Origin: an uncultured Clostridia bacterium
GTDB taxonomy: Bacteria > Bacillota > Clostridia > TANB77 > CAG-508
Assembly (NCBI GenBank): GCA_947591055.1
Contig: CANQCW010000004.1
Coordinates: 1-42,889, forward strand
Length of the DNA stretch: 42,889 nt
Reading direction: 5' to 3'
Shown: positions 1 to 10,134 of the stretch, in pieces
How positions within the stretch are numbered: position 1 is the stretch's first letter
How the letters are laid out: every line of letters begins with the position of its first letter
Position numbers and translations under genes: made by a program
The notes under the pieces: generated by a model
Database searches by the model: none
What the model saw: only the letters and a program-made list of their open reading frames with translations
Told to the model about the DNA's origin: nothing

Positions 1-135
1 CTCCCTACTTAAGGCAAGGGTTTTCCTAATGTAAATCTCCCTACTTAAGGCAAGGGTTTTCCTAATGTAAATCTCCCTACTTAAGGCAAGGGTTTTCCTA
101 ATGTAAATCTCCCCATTTTTGGCAGGGGTTTTCCA
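1..135 (-). ncRNA. Type III TA antitoxin RNA repeat array (ToxI-like): 3 exact 36-bp units plus 1 diverged unit; probably continues off the left edge
   Basis: CTCCCTACTTAAGGCAAGGGTTTTCCTAATGTAAAT at 1, 37 and 73, diverged copy from 109. No spacers. Resembles the array upstream of toxN at 10135. Consensus promoter upstream on the minus strand. Confidence 0.8.
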
Positions 136-171
136 ACTCTGTAATCTTTCGATTACTTTTATAGTATATTC

Positions 172-200
172 ATTATACAATATTCTTATACTTTTGTCAA
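172..200 (-). promoter_or_regulatory. Sigma70/SigA promoter for the repeat array
   Basis: Minus strand TTGACA (200-195), 17 bp, TATAAT (177-172). Confidence 0.8.
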
Positions 201-237
201 CCCGAAAATTAACAAATTTTACAAATTTTTTATATTA

Positions 238-2973
238 TTAATCTTCATCTTTTGATGCATTTAATTTTATGAGTTTCATTATTTCTACTATGATAACTGG
301 CATAAATATCAATAATATACATTCAAATATCTTATCTACTGGAAGTGCAATTATTCCAAATACACCTTGAAGTCCCGGAATTAGCAGCACTAAGAACATT
401 AATAAACTTGATACTCCAATTGCAAGTAATAACATTTTATTATTAAATATTCCTGTCTTTAGGATTGATTCTTTGTTGCTTCTTATATTAAATACATGAA
501 CAAGTTCTCCAAAAGCTAACACAATAAATGCCATTGTTTGACCTATTTCTATTTTTATCTCTTCTATTGATAAGTTTGGATACATACTTTGCATTTTTGA
601 AATTGTTTCTTCATTTGATGCTAAACCTAATATAAATGCAATCAATGTAATTAATCCTATCATTATACCTTGATAAACTATTCTCCAAGTCATCCCTTTT
701 GTAAATATTCCTTTATTCTTATTAGGTTTTCTTTGCATTACATTTTTACTTGCCGGATCTACTGACAAAGCTAGAGCTGGAAGCGAATCTGTAACTAGAT
801 TAATCCATAACAATTGTGGTACTAAGAATATTACAATTTTATCTATTCCAATATTAAATGCATTGCTAAGTACAGGAGTTAATAAAATAGACAAGAACAA
901 TACTACAATCTCTCCAATATTGCTAGATAATAAGAATTGAATAGCTTTTAAAATATTATCATAAATTCTTCTTCCTTCTTCTACGCTATCAACAATAGTT
1001 GCAAAATTATCATCTGTTAAAATTAAATCAGCCGCTTCTTTTGATACATCAGTTCCTACAATTCCCATTGCACAACCAATATTAGATGTTTTCAAAGCTG
1101 GTGCATCATTTACTCCATCACCTGTCATTGCCACAACTTTGCCATAGCTTTGCCAAGCTTTTACTATCCTTACTTTATGCTCTGGAGATACTCTTGCATA
1201 TACTGAATATTTTTTTACATTTTTTCTTAAGTCTTCATCAGACATTTTTTCTAATTCTAATCCTGTAATTGCCTCTGATTCATCTTTTAAGATTCCTAAT
1301 TCTTTTGCAATCGCAATAGCTGTTATCTTATGGTCTCCAGTTATCATTACTGTTCTTATTCCAGCTGTTTTACATTTAGCAACTGCCTGTTTTACTTCCA
1401 TCCTTGGTGGATCTATCATCCCACACATTCCTAAGAATATTAGGTTTCCTTCTAAATCTTTCATTTCTTCTTTTGAAGGTTTATGGTCAATTTCTTTATA
1501 AGCCATACCCAAAACTCTTAAAGCATCTTTTGCCATATTTTCATTTTCTTGTTTTATTTTTTCTTCATATTCTTCTGTTTTTTCTAATGTTTCTCCATTA
1601 AGTTCTATTTTAGTACATCTCTCTAAAAGTTCATCTATTCCACCTTTTGTATAAACAAAATATCTTTCTCCTACTTTATTAACTGTTGTCATCAATTTTC
1701 TTTCTGAATCAAATGGAATTTCTTCAACTCTTTTATATTCTTCAAATTTACTTGGGTTAAAATCAAGAGTAAATCCCATATCTACTAAAGCTGTTTCTGT
1801 TGGATCTCCTATTAGTTCTTTATCTTTTCCAACTTTAGTATCATTGCATAACATACTTGTATAAATTAAGCCTCTTAGTTCGTCATCAATTTCACTAATA
1901 TCTTCTACTTTTTCTGTTTTGTTATTCCAGAAAATTTTCTTAACAGTCATCTTATTTTGAGTAAGAGTTCCTGTCTTATCACTACAAATAACTGTAGTAC
2001 ATCCTAAAGTTTCAACAGCTGGCAATTTTTTTACAATAGCATGTTTTTTTACCATCCTTTGAACACCAATTGCAAGTACTATTGTAGAAACAGCAGCTAA
2101 GCCTTCTGGAATTGCTGCAACCGCTAAAGATACTGCTGTCATAAACATATCAAGAGGTTCTTTTCCATATCCTAAACCTATTAAAAATATTACTGCACAT
2201 ATAATTAAAGCAACTATTCCTAGAATTTTTCCTAATTTATTTAATTTCTGAGCAAGAGGAGTTTCTTCTTTTTTAGTATTACTAATGATTTCTGCAATTT
2301 TACCTACCTCTGTATTCATCCCTGTTTCAACTACTATGCCTTTTCCTCTACCATAAGTTACAAGTGATGAAGAAAATAACATATTAACTCTATCTGCTAT
2401 TCCCACTTCTTTTCCATCTAATTTATCTGACATTTTATCAACTGGTAATGATTCTCCCGTAAGTGCTGACTCTTGTACTTTTAAATTAATAGATTCAATT
2501 ATTCTTAAATCAGCTGGAACATAGTCTCCAGTATCTAAAACAACTACATCTCCTACTACTAGTTCTCTTGCAGGTAATATAACTTGTTTTCCATCTCTTA
2601 TTACTTTTGCTGTATGAGCACTCAATTTTTGAAGAGCCTCTAATGACTTTTCGGCTTTTTGCTCCTGTGCTACACCAATTATTGCATTTGCAATAATAAC
2701 AATCATTATTATAATAGTATCTGTTAAACCTTCTCCATTAATAGAACCTATTATTCCTGAAACTATTGCAGCAATTATTAAAACTATAATCATAAAATCT
2801 TTAAATTCTTCTAAAAACTTTACAATTATACTTTTCTTTTTTCCTTGTTTTAATTCATTAAATCCTTGTTCTTCTTGTCTTTTTAAAACTTCATTGTTAC
2901 TTAGTCCATTATTTATGTCTGTTTTTAGCTCAGCCTTTACAGACTCTACATCTTTGTCATACCAATTATTCAT
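238..2973 (-). CDS. Calcium-translocating P-type ATPase (type IIA-like)
   Basis: LTGES, PEGL, DKTGTLT phosphorylation motif, GDGVNDAP, WINLVTD; 911 aa. Confidence 0.95.
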   Translation of the reverse strand: MNNWYDKDVESVKAELKTDINNGLSNNEVLKRQEEQGFNELKQGKKKSIIVKFLEEFKDFMIIVLIIAAIVSGIIGSINGEGLTDTIIIMIVIIANAIIGVAQEQKAEKSLEALQKLSAHTAKVIRDGKQVILPARELVVGDVVVLDTGDYVPADLRIIESINLKVQESALTGESLPVDKMSDKLDGKEVGIADRVNMLFSSSLVTYGRGKGIVVETGMNTEVGKIAEIISNTKKEETPLAQKLNKLGKILGIVALIICAVIFLIGLGYGKEPLDMFMTAVSLAVAAIPEGLAAVSTIVLAIGVQRMVKKHAIVKKLPAVETLGCTTVICSDKTGTLTQNKMTVKKIFWNNKTEKVEDISEIDDELRGLIYTSMLCNDTKVGKDKELIGDPTETALVDMGFTLDFNPSKFEEYKRVEEIPFDSERKLMTTVNKVGERYFVYTKGGIDELLERCTKIELNGETLEKTEEYEEKIKQENENMAKDALRVLGMAYKEIDHKPSKEEMKDLEGNLIFLGMCGMIDPPRMEVKQAVAKCKTAGIRTVMITGDHKITAIAIAKELGILKDESEAITGLELEKMSDEDLRKNVKKYSVYARVSPEHKVRIVKAWQSYGKVVAMTGDGVNDAPALKTSNIGCAMGIVGTDVSKEAADLILTDDNFATIVDSVEEGRRIYDNILKAIQFLLSSNIGEIVVLFLSILLTPVLSNAFNIGIDKIVIFLVPQLLWINLVTDSLPALALSVDPASKNVMQRKPNKNKGIFTKGMTWRIVYQGIMIGLITLIAFILGLASNEETISKMQSMYPNLSIEEIKIEIGQTMAFIVLAFGELVHVFNIRSNKESILKTGIFNNKMLLLAIGVSSLLMFLVLLIPGLQGVFGIIALPVDKIFECILLIFMPVIIVEIMKLIKLNASKDED

Positions 2974-3299
2974 AAATTAAATTTATATAATCAAATATAT
3001 AAAAATAAATGATTATTTTCCCTTCTTTAAAATTTTATTTAATTATATTCTTATAATTTCAATTTATTATACATTAATAAATATCAATATTCAATTATTA
3101 TTTGTAAAAATTTAGTATATTTTTTTTATTAAAATTTAAAGCTAAACCAATTACAGTTATGTAGAAATTTTGCTTGAAATTTACATAAAATTATGATATA
3201 CTATAAATTATGATATATTATTAACATTATTCGCAACTATGCGAATTAAAAAGTAGCAATTTTAAATGTCTCGTATAACAATTGTAAGGAGGAATTTAT

Positions 3300-3758
3300 A
3301 TGAAATTATTTCACACAGAAAATGGCAAGGAAGTTGTTTACGTTCAAATGCAGGATATTATGTATTTGTATAACAGTACTATGCCAATACCTGAATTTAT
3401 ATTTACGAAGGTATTAACAGGTTTAAGTTATGTTAATGACTCAAATCGGTTTGATTTTGTAAGGTTTGATGAAGAAGATGAAGTAAGTTTTTTCAAAGAT
3501 TTAGAATTTATTATTGACTATGACAAGTATAAAGACTTTACTGATGAACAGTTAGAAAAAGAAATAAAAAAACTTGCTGAGAAAGCCAATAAAACAGCTG
3601 ATCAATGGAACAATATGTCAGCAAAAAAGAGAAAACAGAACTATAATCTTTTGCAGGAACATGAAGAACTTGAATATATGATAAACTTCTTGTTTGAAAT
3701 TTATGATGTAAAACATGGCAAGAGAAAAATGCCTTTTCCTAAATTTGTAGAGGTTTAA
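3300..3758 (+). CDS. Hypothetical protein
   Basis: 152-aa ORF, AGGAGG RBS, downstream terminator; no recognised motif. Confidence 0.8.
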   Translation: MKLFHTENGKEVVYVQMQDIMYLYNSTMPIPEFIFTKVLTGLSYVNDSNRFDFVRFDEEDEVSFFKDLEFIIDYDKYKDFTDEQLEKEIKKLAEKANKTADQWNNMSAKKRKQNYNLLQEHEELEYMINFLFEIYDVKHGKRKMPFPKFVEV

Positions 3759-3785
3759 ACAGCAAAATCAAAAAAGTGAAATAAT

Positions 3786-3815
3786 AAAAAACTCTGCCTA
3801 AAGGCAGAGCTTTTT
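3786..3815. terminator. Bidirectional intrinsic terminator
   Basis: A-run, CTCTGCCT-AA-AGGCAGAG, T-run; lies between the convergent ORF and tRNA. Confidence 0.75.
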
Positions 3816-3844
3816 ATTTTATTACTTTTGTATATAACTATTTG

Positions 3845-3919
3845 TGGTGACCCCTACGGGAATCGAACCCATGATTCAGCCTTGAGAGGGCTGCGTCTTA
3901 ACCGCTTGACCAAGGGGCC
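3845..3919 (-). tRNA. tRNA-Glu (anticodon CTC)
   Basis: GGCCCCT/AGGGGTC acceptor stem, CAGCC-CT CTC AA-GGCTG anticodon arm, GGTTCGATTCC T-loop, encoded CCA. Confidence 0.95.
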
Positions 3920-3951
3920 ATAACACATTTATTATACATTAAATAAACTCC

Positions 3952-4356
3952 TTAGTCAACTAAATTTATGCTATTTTTTAGAATTTCTTGTAACCTATCA
4001 TTTCTTTTAGTTAAATACAAATATCCAATTAAAGCCTCAAAAGCAGTTGAATACATATAGTCTTCAGCTGAAGCATGTTTTGGAAGATGATGATTTTCTG
4101 TATTTCTTCCTCTCCTTACAATTTCTTTTTCATCCTCTGTTAATTCTAATTTTTTAACGATTTCTGCTTGTGATGATGCTTTCACATATTTTATTGACAA
4201 TATATGTAACTTATGTGGGTTCAAGTTTGTTTGGTTGCTTAAATAAGTTCTTATGTACATTTCATACACACTATCTCCAACATATGCCCAAGTTAGTGGC
4301 GACATCATATTTATTTCTGTTTCATTTTTCTTAATTAATTCTTCTTGAAATTCCAT
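3952..4356 (-). CDS. mrnC: Mini-ribonuclease III
   Basis: AYVGDSVYE, RRGRN and STAFEALIGYLY motifs; 134 aa, no dsRBD. Confidence 0.9.
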   Translation of the reverse strand: MEFQEELIKKNETEINMMSPLTWAYVGDSVYEMYIRTYLSNQTNLNPHKLHILSIKYVKASSQAEIVKKLELTEDEKEIVRRGRNTENHHLPKHASAEDYMYSTAFEALIGYLYLTKRNDRLQEILKNSINLVD

Positions 4357-4436
4357 ATTTATTTTCCTTCTATTAACACTTTATCACTAAAATACTAATT
4401 AATTTATTTTACAATATATTTTATAGTATATTTTGC

Positions 4437-4644
4437 AATTATATTTTATAATTATATTTTGTAGTTATACTTTTTAATTGTATTTTATAATTACGTTTTG
4501 TAATTATATTTTATGATTATATTTTATAATTTCATTTTTTAATTATACTTTTTAATTATACTTTTTAATTATATTTTGTAATTATATTTTGTAATCATAT
4601 TTTGTAATTATATTTTATAATTGTATTTTATAATTATATTTTAT
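4437..4644. repeat. Degenerate 13-bp tandem repeat, 16 units, consensus AATTATATTTTRT
   Basis: 16 consecutive 13-mers without indels, in the rbgA-mrnC intergenic region. Confidence 0.85.
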
Positions 4645-4700
4645 GCACATCTTTTTTATAGTCAAATTTTAATTGTATTTTTTATACTCACAAATAACTG

Positions 4701-5600
4701 TTATTGAGGGCTTTCTAATGATATTCTTCCTAATTTTCCAGTTCTAAAATCATTTAAAATCATATCAGAGATTTTTTGTTCATTGATTTTTCCTCCAGAA
4801 AGTATTGCTCCTTTTTTTAGTGCAATCTTATCTCTAATATCAATTATTTCTTCATTTTCTTCTATCTTAATTTCATACCTATTTTCTACTTCTTCTTTAT
4901 AATTTTCTACTAAATATTTTAACAGATTATAAGATATTTCTTCATTATCTATAGCATGTTCTCCTATTGTATTTAAATACGCTAGATGTTCTGCCACACA
5001 TTTATTACCAAGCTTAGGCCATAACATTCCCGGAGTATCTAAGAGTTCAATTTTATTATCTACTTTTATCCATTGCTTATTTTTTGTAACTCCAGGTTTA
5101 TTTCCAACTTTAGCTACACTTCTTTTAGCTAAACAATTAATAAAAGTTGATTTTCCAACGTTTGGTATTCCTAGAATCATTACCCTTGCACTTCTTCCAA
5201 CTCTTCCTTTTTGTATATATTTTTCTTCGATATCTTGGTAAGCTAGTTTAATTTGATTTATAACTTCCTTCATACCTTTTCCTGTATTTGATTCTACTTT
5301 GATGCAAACAATATTATTCTTTTTATAATATTCTATCCATTTTGTTGTAACAACATCATCTGCTAAATCAGCTTTATTTAATACAACTATTTTCTTTTTA
5401 TTTTTTGAATATTCTTTTACATCTGGATTTTGCGAAGATTCTGGTGCTCTGGCATCTAATATTTCTATTATTATATCTATTAATTTTAAATCTTCTATTA
5501 TTTGTTTTTTAGTTTTAGCCATGTGCCCTGGATACCAAGCCACAGAAATTTTAGAATTTTCTTTGTTGTTATCTATATTTTCATCATTTTTGTTTTTCAA
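4701..5600 (-). CDS. rbgA: Ribosome biogenesis GTPase RbgA/YlqF
   Basis: WYPGHM, NKADL, GIPNVGKS, PGVT, DTPG (circularly permuted GTPase motifs). Confidence 0.95.
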   Translation of the reverse strand: MKNKNDENIDNNKENSKISVAWYPGHMAKTKKQIIEDLKLIDIIIEILDARAPESSQNPDVKEYSKNKKKIVVLNKADLADDVVTTKWIEYYKKNNIVCIKVESNTGKGMKEVINQIKLAYQDIEEKYIQKGRVGRSARVMILGIPNVGKSTFINCLAKRSVAKVGNKPGVTKNKQWIKVDNKIELLDTPGMLWPKLGNKCVAEHLAYLNTIGEHAIDNEEISYNLLKYLVENYKEEVENRYEIKIEENEEIIDIRDKIALKKGAILSGGKINEQKISDMILNDFRTGKLGRISLESPQ

Positions 5601-5642
5601 TTTTACTCACCACCTTTTTATTTTCATATAAAAGTTAATTTA

Positions 5643-6497
5643 TTATTTTTTTGGTTCAATTTTTTTAATTTCATCTATATATTCGTAATTTAAATTATTA
5701 TTTTTAGATATAGCTGATTTTTTAGTTTCTTTTTCATATAAATCTTTTGCTCCTTTGGCAACTCCTCCACCACGCTTTGCAACATTTAAATTTTCTTTTA
5801 ATCCTTTTGGATGTTCTTCTCTTGCAATATCCCTTGTTGCTATTTCACCTATATTTGTTAGAGCAACTTCAATATCAGTCATATTATCTCTTAAAGATTC
5901 TTTTCTAAGACCTTTTATTCTTTTATATTCAGAAGCAGTCATATCTGACCAACCTTTATATATTTCATTAGTTAAAAGTGCATATTCTAATGGTTTAGAA
6001 ATTCCGCCTTCCTTCCAAACATCAGTAAGTTTAAATCGATCTACAATTCCATTTAATCTTGCTTTTATCCAATCATCACTATATCCTTTTTTACGATAAT
6101 ATTCTACTGCTCTATTTACCGCAATTTCAGGATCAAATACTTCATCAATTCTTTCACTTCCTAAATTTGCAAGCCATAGTTTAAATGGTTCTGCTTTAGG
6201 ACTAGGAATTGATTCTATAAGTCTTAACATATCTTTTGTATTTAAGGTATCTGTTAATCTTAATTTACCATCATTAGCTACCAATTTCAACTGCACGATT
6301 TTTTCGTGCAGTTGGCTTCCTTCTTCTTTTAATTTTCTTTTTAAGTCGCTCCAATAATTTCTTGGAATATTAGCATTTGTTAACGCGCCAACAACATCAA
6401 CAACACTAAAATAATAATCTTCCTTCTCACTATCCCAAATACTTCTTATTTCTTTACCTTCAAATAAATTTGAAATAGTTTCTAATTTGTTATTCAA
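5643..6497 (-). CDS. BRO-N domain / phage antirepressor-like protein
   Basis: IRSIWD..YYFSVVDVV, RNYWSDLK and SIPSPKAEPFKLWLA patterns typical of BRO-like proteins. Confidence 0.75.
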   Translation of the reverse strand: MNNKLETISNLFEGKEIRSIWDSEKEDYYFSVVDVVGALTNANIPRNYWSDLKRKLKEEGSQLHEKIVQLKLVANDGKLRLTDTLNTKDMLRLIESIPSPKAEPFKLWLANLGSERIDEVFDPEIAVNRAVEYYRKKGYSDDWIKARLNGIVDRFKLTDVWKEGGISKPLEYALLTNEIYKGWSDMTASEYKRIKGLRKESLRDNMTDIEVALTNIGEIATRDIAREEHPKGLKENLNVAKRGGGVAKGAKDLYEKETKKSAISKNNNLNYEYIDEIKKIEPKK

Positions 6498-6590
6498 AAA
6501 TTAACACCTACTTTCTTCCATTTTTTTACTCTCCTATAATTCTCATTTAATATAACTCTTTCAATATTTTAACACAAAAACAAGCAATTT

Positions 6591-6743
6591 TCAACTAATT
6601 GCTTGCTTTGATAATTTATGATTTTTGTACCATTTTGAAAATTCTCTCATAGAATCTACTGAATCGTATTTAACTCTATTTTCTCTTTCTTCATCAGTCA
6701 TTTGAGCTAGAGTTTTATCATATCCATAAGGCTTATATATCAT
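6591..6743 (-). pseudogene. 50-codon ORF, possible C-terminal remnant of a Ham1/ITPase-like gene
   Basis: Translates MIYKPYGYDKTLAQMTDEERENR..., which recalls the Ham1 'P.GY.KT.AEM..EEK' segment; directly follows the NUDIX gene. Confidence 0.35.
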
Positions 6744-6747
6744 CCAT

Positions 6748-7182
6748 TTAAAAATTTCTCCTATATGAAAAAAATATATTTGCTAATGGAATATCTGCTG
6801 GGCACATATCAAATTTTAAAATATCTTCTTTTGAGGCAAAAGTATATTCACTATGGTCTTGAAGTTTAAATTCCCCTGATATGTATTCACACTCATATAA
6901 TCTTAAATCTACTACTTTTGATGGATATTCATATACATTGTTGGTTACAAATCTTTTTGCTTTTATTTCTAAATCAAATTCTTCTTTTATTTCTCTTTCA
7001 ATTGCGTGTTTTTCATCTTCACCTTTTTCTACTTTTCCTCCTGGGAATTCCCATTTTCCTAAAACACTTTCATCTCCAGTTTTTCTTTTTGCTATTAAAT
7101 ATTTATTATCTTTTTTTATTAAAGCTGCAACTACTGTAATCATAATAATTCCTTCTTTTTTAATATATTTAAAATTTCTCAT
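6748..7182 (-). CDS. NUDIX hydrolase, MutT/NudG-like
   Basis: WEFPGGKVEKGE..AIEREIKEE Nudix box; real start probably at MITVVAA. Confidence 0.9.
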   Translation of the reverse strand: MRNFKYIKKEGIIMITVVAALIKKDNKYLIAKRKTGDESVLGKWEFPGGKVEKGEDEKHAIEREIKEEFDLEIKAKRFVTNNVYEYPSKVVDLRLYECEYISGEFKLQDHSEYTFASKEDILKFDMCPADIPLANIFFSYRRNF

Positions 7183-7807
7183 CTAATCCAGCATAATGTA
7201 TTAATTTTAATAAAATCAATGCTAAATTATATGATAGCCACTCCATATCTGTATTATTTCCTGCAAAATAAGTATTCGATTTATACTCTGGATATCTAAA
7301 ATATTCGACATTTTCGCCTTCAATATATTCGCCATAGTTTTTGCAAAAGTCACATACATAGTTCATATAATCTTCATTAACTGCATATTCTGTAAAAAAT
7401 TGATTTGACAGAATTTCTAAATTATGTTCATTTTTTACCTGGTGAGTTTTTTTAAGTAATAAATATTTAAAACCAATTTCAATTGCTTGTCTACCGACAA
7501 AAACTGTAACAACTGAATTTGGTAATACATTTATTAGTTTGTCAAATGCATTTACATATTCTAACCAGTAATTCTCCCATAAATCTATTCTATCATTTAA
7601 TTTAAAATTTTCCTCAGTTCCAGCAAATGTTTTTGAATTATTATTTGATGCACTTTTTACTATTGATACTTTTGCAAGATTTTTGCCATTATTATTATTA
7701 AATATTGGTGATTTATTATAGAGTTTATGTTTTTCTGAAAAAGCTCCATCTATTTGTAAAATATCTGTGTAGCTAATTTCTTGTCCAAATTTTTTAAAAA
7801 TTTCCAT
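7169..7807 (-). CDS. Hypothetical protein with HEPN-like helical motif
   Basis: RQAIEIGFK...EHNL and FRYP resemble the HEPN-fold pattern; weak. Confidence 0.5.
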   Translation of the reverse strand: MEIFKKFGQEISYTDILQIDGAFSEKHKLYNKSPIFNNNNGKNLAKVSIVKSASNNNSKTFAGTEENFKLNDRIDLWENYWLEYVNAFDKLINVLPNSVVTVFVGRQAIEIGFKYLLLKKTHQVKNEHNLEILSNQFFTEYAVNEDYMNYVCDFCKNYGEYIEGENVEYFRYPEYKSNTYFAGNNTDMEWLSYNLALILLKLIHYAGLDEKF

Positions 7808-7831
7808 ATTTACTTAGTTCCTTATATAGAA

Positions 7832-8305
7832 TTATAATGTTCTATAATTATTTTTATCTGCTCTTTCATCAAGTTGTCTATCAGTTTCTTTACTTGCATA
7901 AAACCACTCTGTTTTTTTATCAGCTGGTCTTTTTGTTCTATCTGCTAATAAATCCATTAAAACTACTATAGCTAAAATTACTGCAAGTAATGATACAAAT
8001 GTTGATAATCCACTTGCTATTGTCATTTCATCTCCATTTAAAAGTGGTTTTATTGCTTTATTATACAAGTCTACTCCAAAATATCCTATATATGATGCAA
8101 AATATAATACTCCTCCAAATAATTTTCTTTTGATAACTAATGCTATACACACTAAAGTTATAAATAAAAGAATAATTTCTATTGTATTATCTAATGGTGA
8201 TACAATAAAGCTATTATTCATCCCTGCCATGACTGCTACTACTATTCTAAATGCCCAAAACATTATCATAAACATTACTGTCATATAATTTGCAAAACTT
8301 CTCAT
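7832..8305 (-). CDS. Membrane protein (about 4 TM segments)
   Basis: Hydrophobic segments. Start placed at ATG 8305 behind AAAGGT; ORF track extends to 8374. Confidence 0.75.
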   Translation of the reverse strand: MRSFANYMTVMFMIMFWAFRIVVAVMAGMNNSFIVSPLDNTIEIILLFITLVCIALVIKRKLFGGVLYFASYIGYFGVDLYNKAIKPLLNGDEMTIASGLSTFVSLLAVILAIVVLMDLLADRTKRPADKKTEWFYASKETDRQLDERADKNNYRTL

Positions 8306-8487
8306 TTTTTTACCTTTTTTAGTCCTTTCTTTATCACTTAAGTTAATTTTAATTAAAACCTTTTGATTAAACAAAAGGTTTTATTGTTATTTGGAAATTT
8401 TATTTTCCATTATTTAATTATTATAATTTTATTGTCTAAATTCTTATTACTTTCATTTTATCAATAAATATTTTTTGAATTTAATTA

Positions 8488-8862
8488 TTATTCTTCATCA
8501 TCTACAAAATTAAATTCATCTTTAAATTTTTCTTTAAATATTCCAAATATTTTATTTAATGTTGCTTCGTCTTCAACATTAACATATGATTCTTCATCTT
8601 CTGAATCTTCTGCTTCTTTATCCTCTTTTAATATAACAACTTCATCAGATTCTTCTTCATTTGCTGGTTCTGCTGGAAGTAAGATTACATAATTATCTCC
8701 TTCATATTCTATTAAATCTAAAAATTCAAAGTCAACATCATTTCCTAATTCATCTTTTAATGTAACTATATTAGTATCTAATTCTTCATCATTTACTACT
8801 TCTTCACTATTTGCTTCAACATTTTCCTTTATCTCTTCATTATCATTTACATTTTCGTTCAT
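8488..8862 (-). CDS. DUF1292 family acidic protein
   Basis: IVTLKDELGNDVDFEFLDLIEYEG..YVILLP; AAGGAGG RBS. Confidence 0.85.
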   Translation of the reverse strand: MNENVNDNEEIKENVEANSEEVVNDEELDTNIVTLKDELGNDVDFEFLDLIEYEGDNYVILLPAEPANEEESDEVVILKEDKEAEDSEDEESYVNVEDEATLNKIFGIFKEKFKDEFNFVDDEE

Positions 8863-9101
8863 TATTATTTTCCTCCTTTACTCTTATGTAAAAATACATA
8901 TATTAATATAATATACTATTTTTTATTTTTTATCAATACATTTTATGGAAATTTTATATTTCAATTAATGCTTAAAAAAACATGGTATTGCAATATTATG
9001 AAAACTTTGCTATAATTATTATAGTTTTATATTAAACCCAATGAGTATCTATTCACTACTCGGAGGGTATTCCTCCGGGTATAATTAAAGGAGGTAAAAA
9101 T

Positions 9102-9518
9102 ATGAGTTTAACAAAAAAGCAAAAATGTGATATACGGCAACTAAAAATGAACTATGCTTCAAATGAGGTATCTAGTAAAGAAACTGAATTTACAATTCCT
9201 CAATTTGGTGAAATTTATAACCAAATGCGGCAGCTTATACACGACCAAGGATTTTCTCGAATTAAAAGATGTTCTCCTTTAAAAGCGAATTGTATTATTA
9301 GAGTGTATCAAGCAGTTCAAATTCAGCATGAACACGAGCATGTTGATGTTTATGGAGCAATTTGTTATACCAAAATTCACGGGAGATGGAAGACCAATAA
9401 TGGCATTGCAGACTATCGCCTTGAGTATGGTGTTCCGTCTTTAAATCAACTTATTCCTCCATTTGATTGTTCTCTCTTTTCTAAAAGTTACGCTGACTAC
9501 TACATTAAAATTGGTTAA
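9102..9518 (+). CDS. Hypothetical protein
   Basis: AAGGAGGT RBS, upstream TATAAT, own terminator; no recognised motif. Confidence 0.75.
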   Translation: MSLTKKQKCDIRQLKMNYASNEVSSKETEFTIPQFGEIYNQMRQLIHDQGFSRIKRCSPLKANCIIRVYQAVQIQHEHEHVDVYGAICYTKIHGRWKTNNGIADYRLEYGVPSLNQLIPPFDCSLFSKSYADYYIKIG

Positions 9519-9522
9519 ACTT

Positions 9523-9559
9523 TAAGGACTTTAGCTTATTACTAAAGTCCTTATTTTTT
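9523..9559. terminator. Intrinsic terminator
   Basis: TAAGGACTTTAG-7nt-CTAAAGTCCTTA followed by a T-run. Confidence 0.75.
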
Positions 9560-9589
9560 ATCTATTATTCATTTTACTATTTTATAATA

Positions 9590-10081
9590 TTAATTATTTT
9601 TATTATTGTACTCTTTAAATTTTTCTTCTAACAACGAAAAATTACAACATCTTTCTAAGATGTTTTTTGATAAATGTCCTTTTCTATACATATTTTGAAA
9701 TAAATTTATTTTTTTGAATAATTCAGCTTTATGATTATTTAAGAAAGTAAGTTGTCCTTCTAACAGCTTCTTATATTTTTTATCTTTTATAGTAGGTAAT
9801 ACTTCTGTTAATTCTTCAATTGGTGTTGGTATCATATTATTAATATTAACTACTCCTAATTCTCCTTCCTTAATTTTAAATATGTCAAATGATTTAGGAT
9901 TTATTTTAATATGTTTCGGTTTTGGTGAAGCTAATGGAGCAAAATAATTATAGTTGTTATATGTATAAACAATACCTATATATGGTCTTGTAGTATTTTT
10001 ATTATATGCAACATTAGAATCAAACTTTCTTAAATAGTTTATATAATTTTCACTTATATAATATATTTTTAAATTTTTCAT
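9590..10081 (-). CDS. toxN: Type III TA toxin, ToxN/AbiQ family endoribonuclease
   Basis: Y.I...YI.YLR.FD, RPYIGIV, YFAPLASPK, LGVVNINNMIP motifs; preceded by terminator and 36-bp repeats. Confidence 0.92.
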   Translation of the reverse strand: MKNLKIYYISENYINYLRKFDSNVAYNKNTTRPYIGIVYTYNNYNYFAPLASPKPKHIKINPKSFDIFKIKEGELGVVNINNMIPTPIEELTEVLPTIKDKKYKKLLEGQLTFLNNHKAELFKKINLFQNMYRKGHLSKNILERCCNFSLLEEKFKEYNNKNN

Positions 10082-10096
10082 CTTACCTCCACAATA

Positions 10097-10124
10097 TAGA
10101 AAATGGCAATCCGAAGATTGCCAT
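10097..10124 (-). terminator. Terminator between antitoxin array and toxin
   Basis: ATGGCAATC-TTCG-GATTGCCAT then TTTC on the minus strand; canonical type III TA layout. Confidence 0.85.
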
Positions 10125-10134
10125 CTGTTTTCAT

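Noticed and set aside
1-135. CRISPR array (36-bp repeats)
   Set aside because: Units are directly tandem with no spacers, no cas genes are present, and the layout matches a type III antitoxin
3845-6497. Prophage or island integrated at tRNA-Glu
   Set aside because: No integrase, no duplicated tRNA 3' end seen, and the neighbours are housekeeping genes; a single BRO-like gene is insufficient
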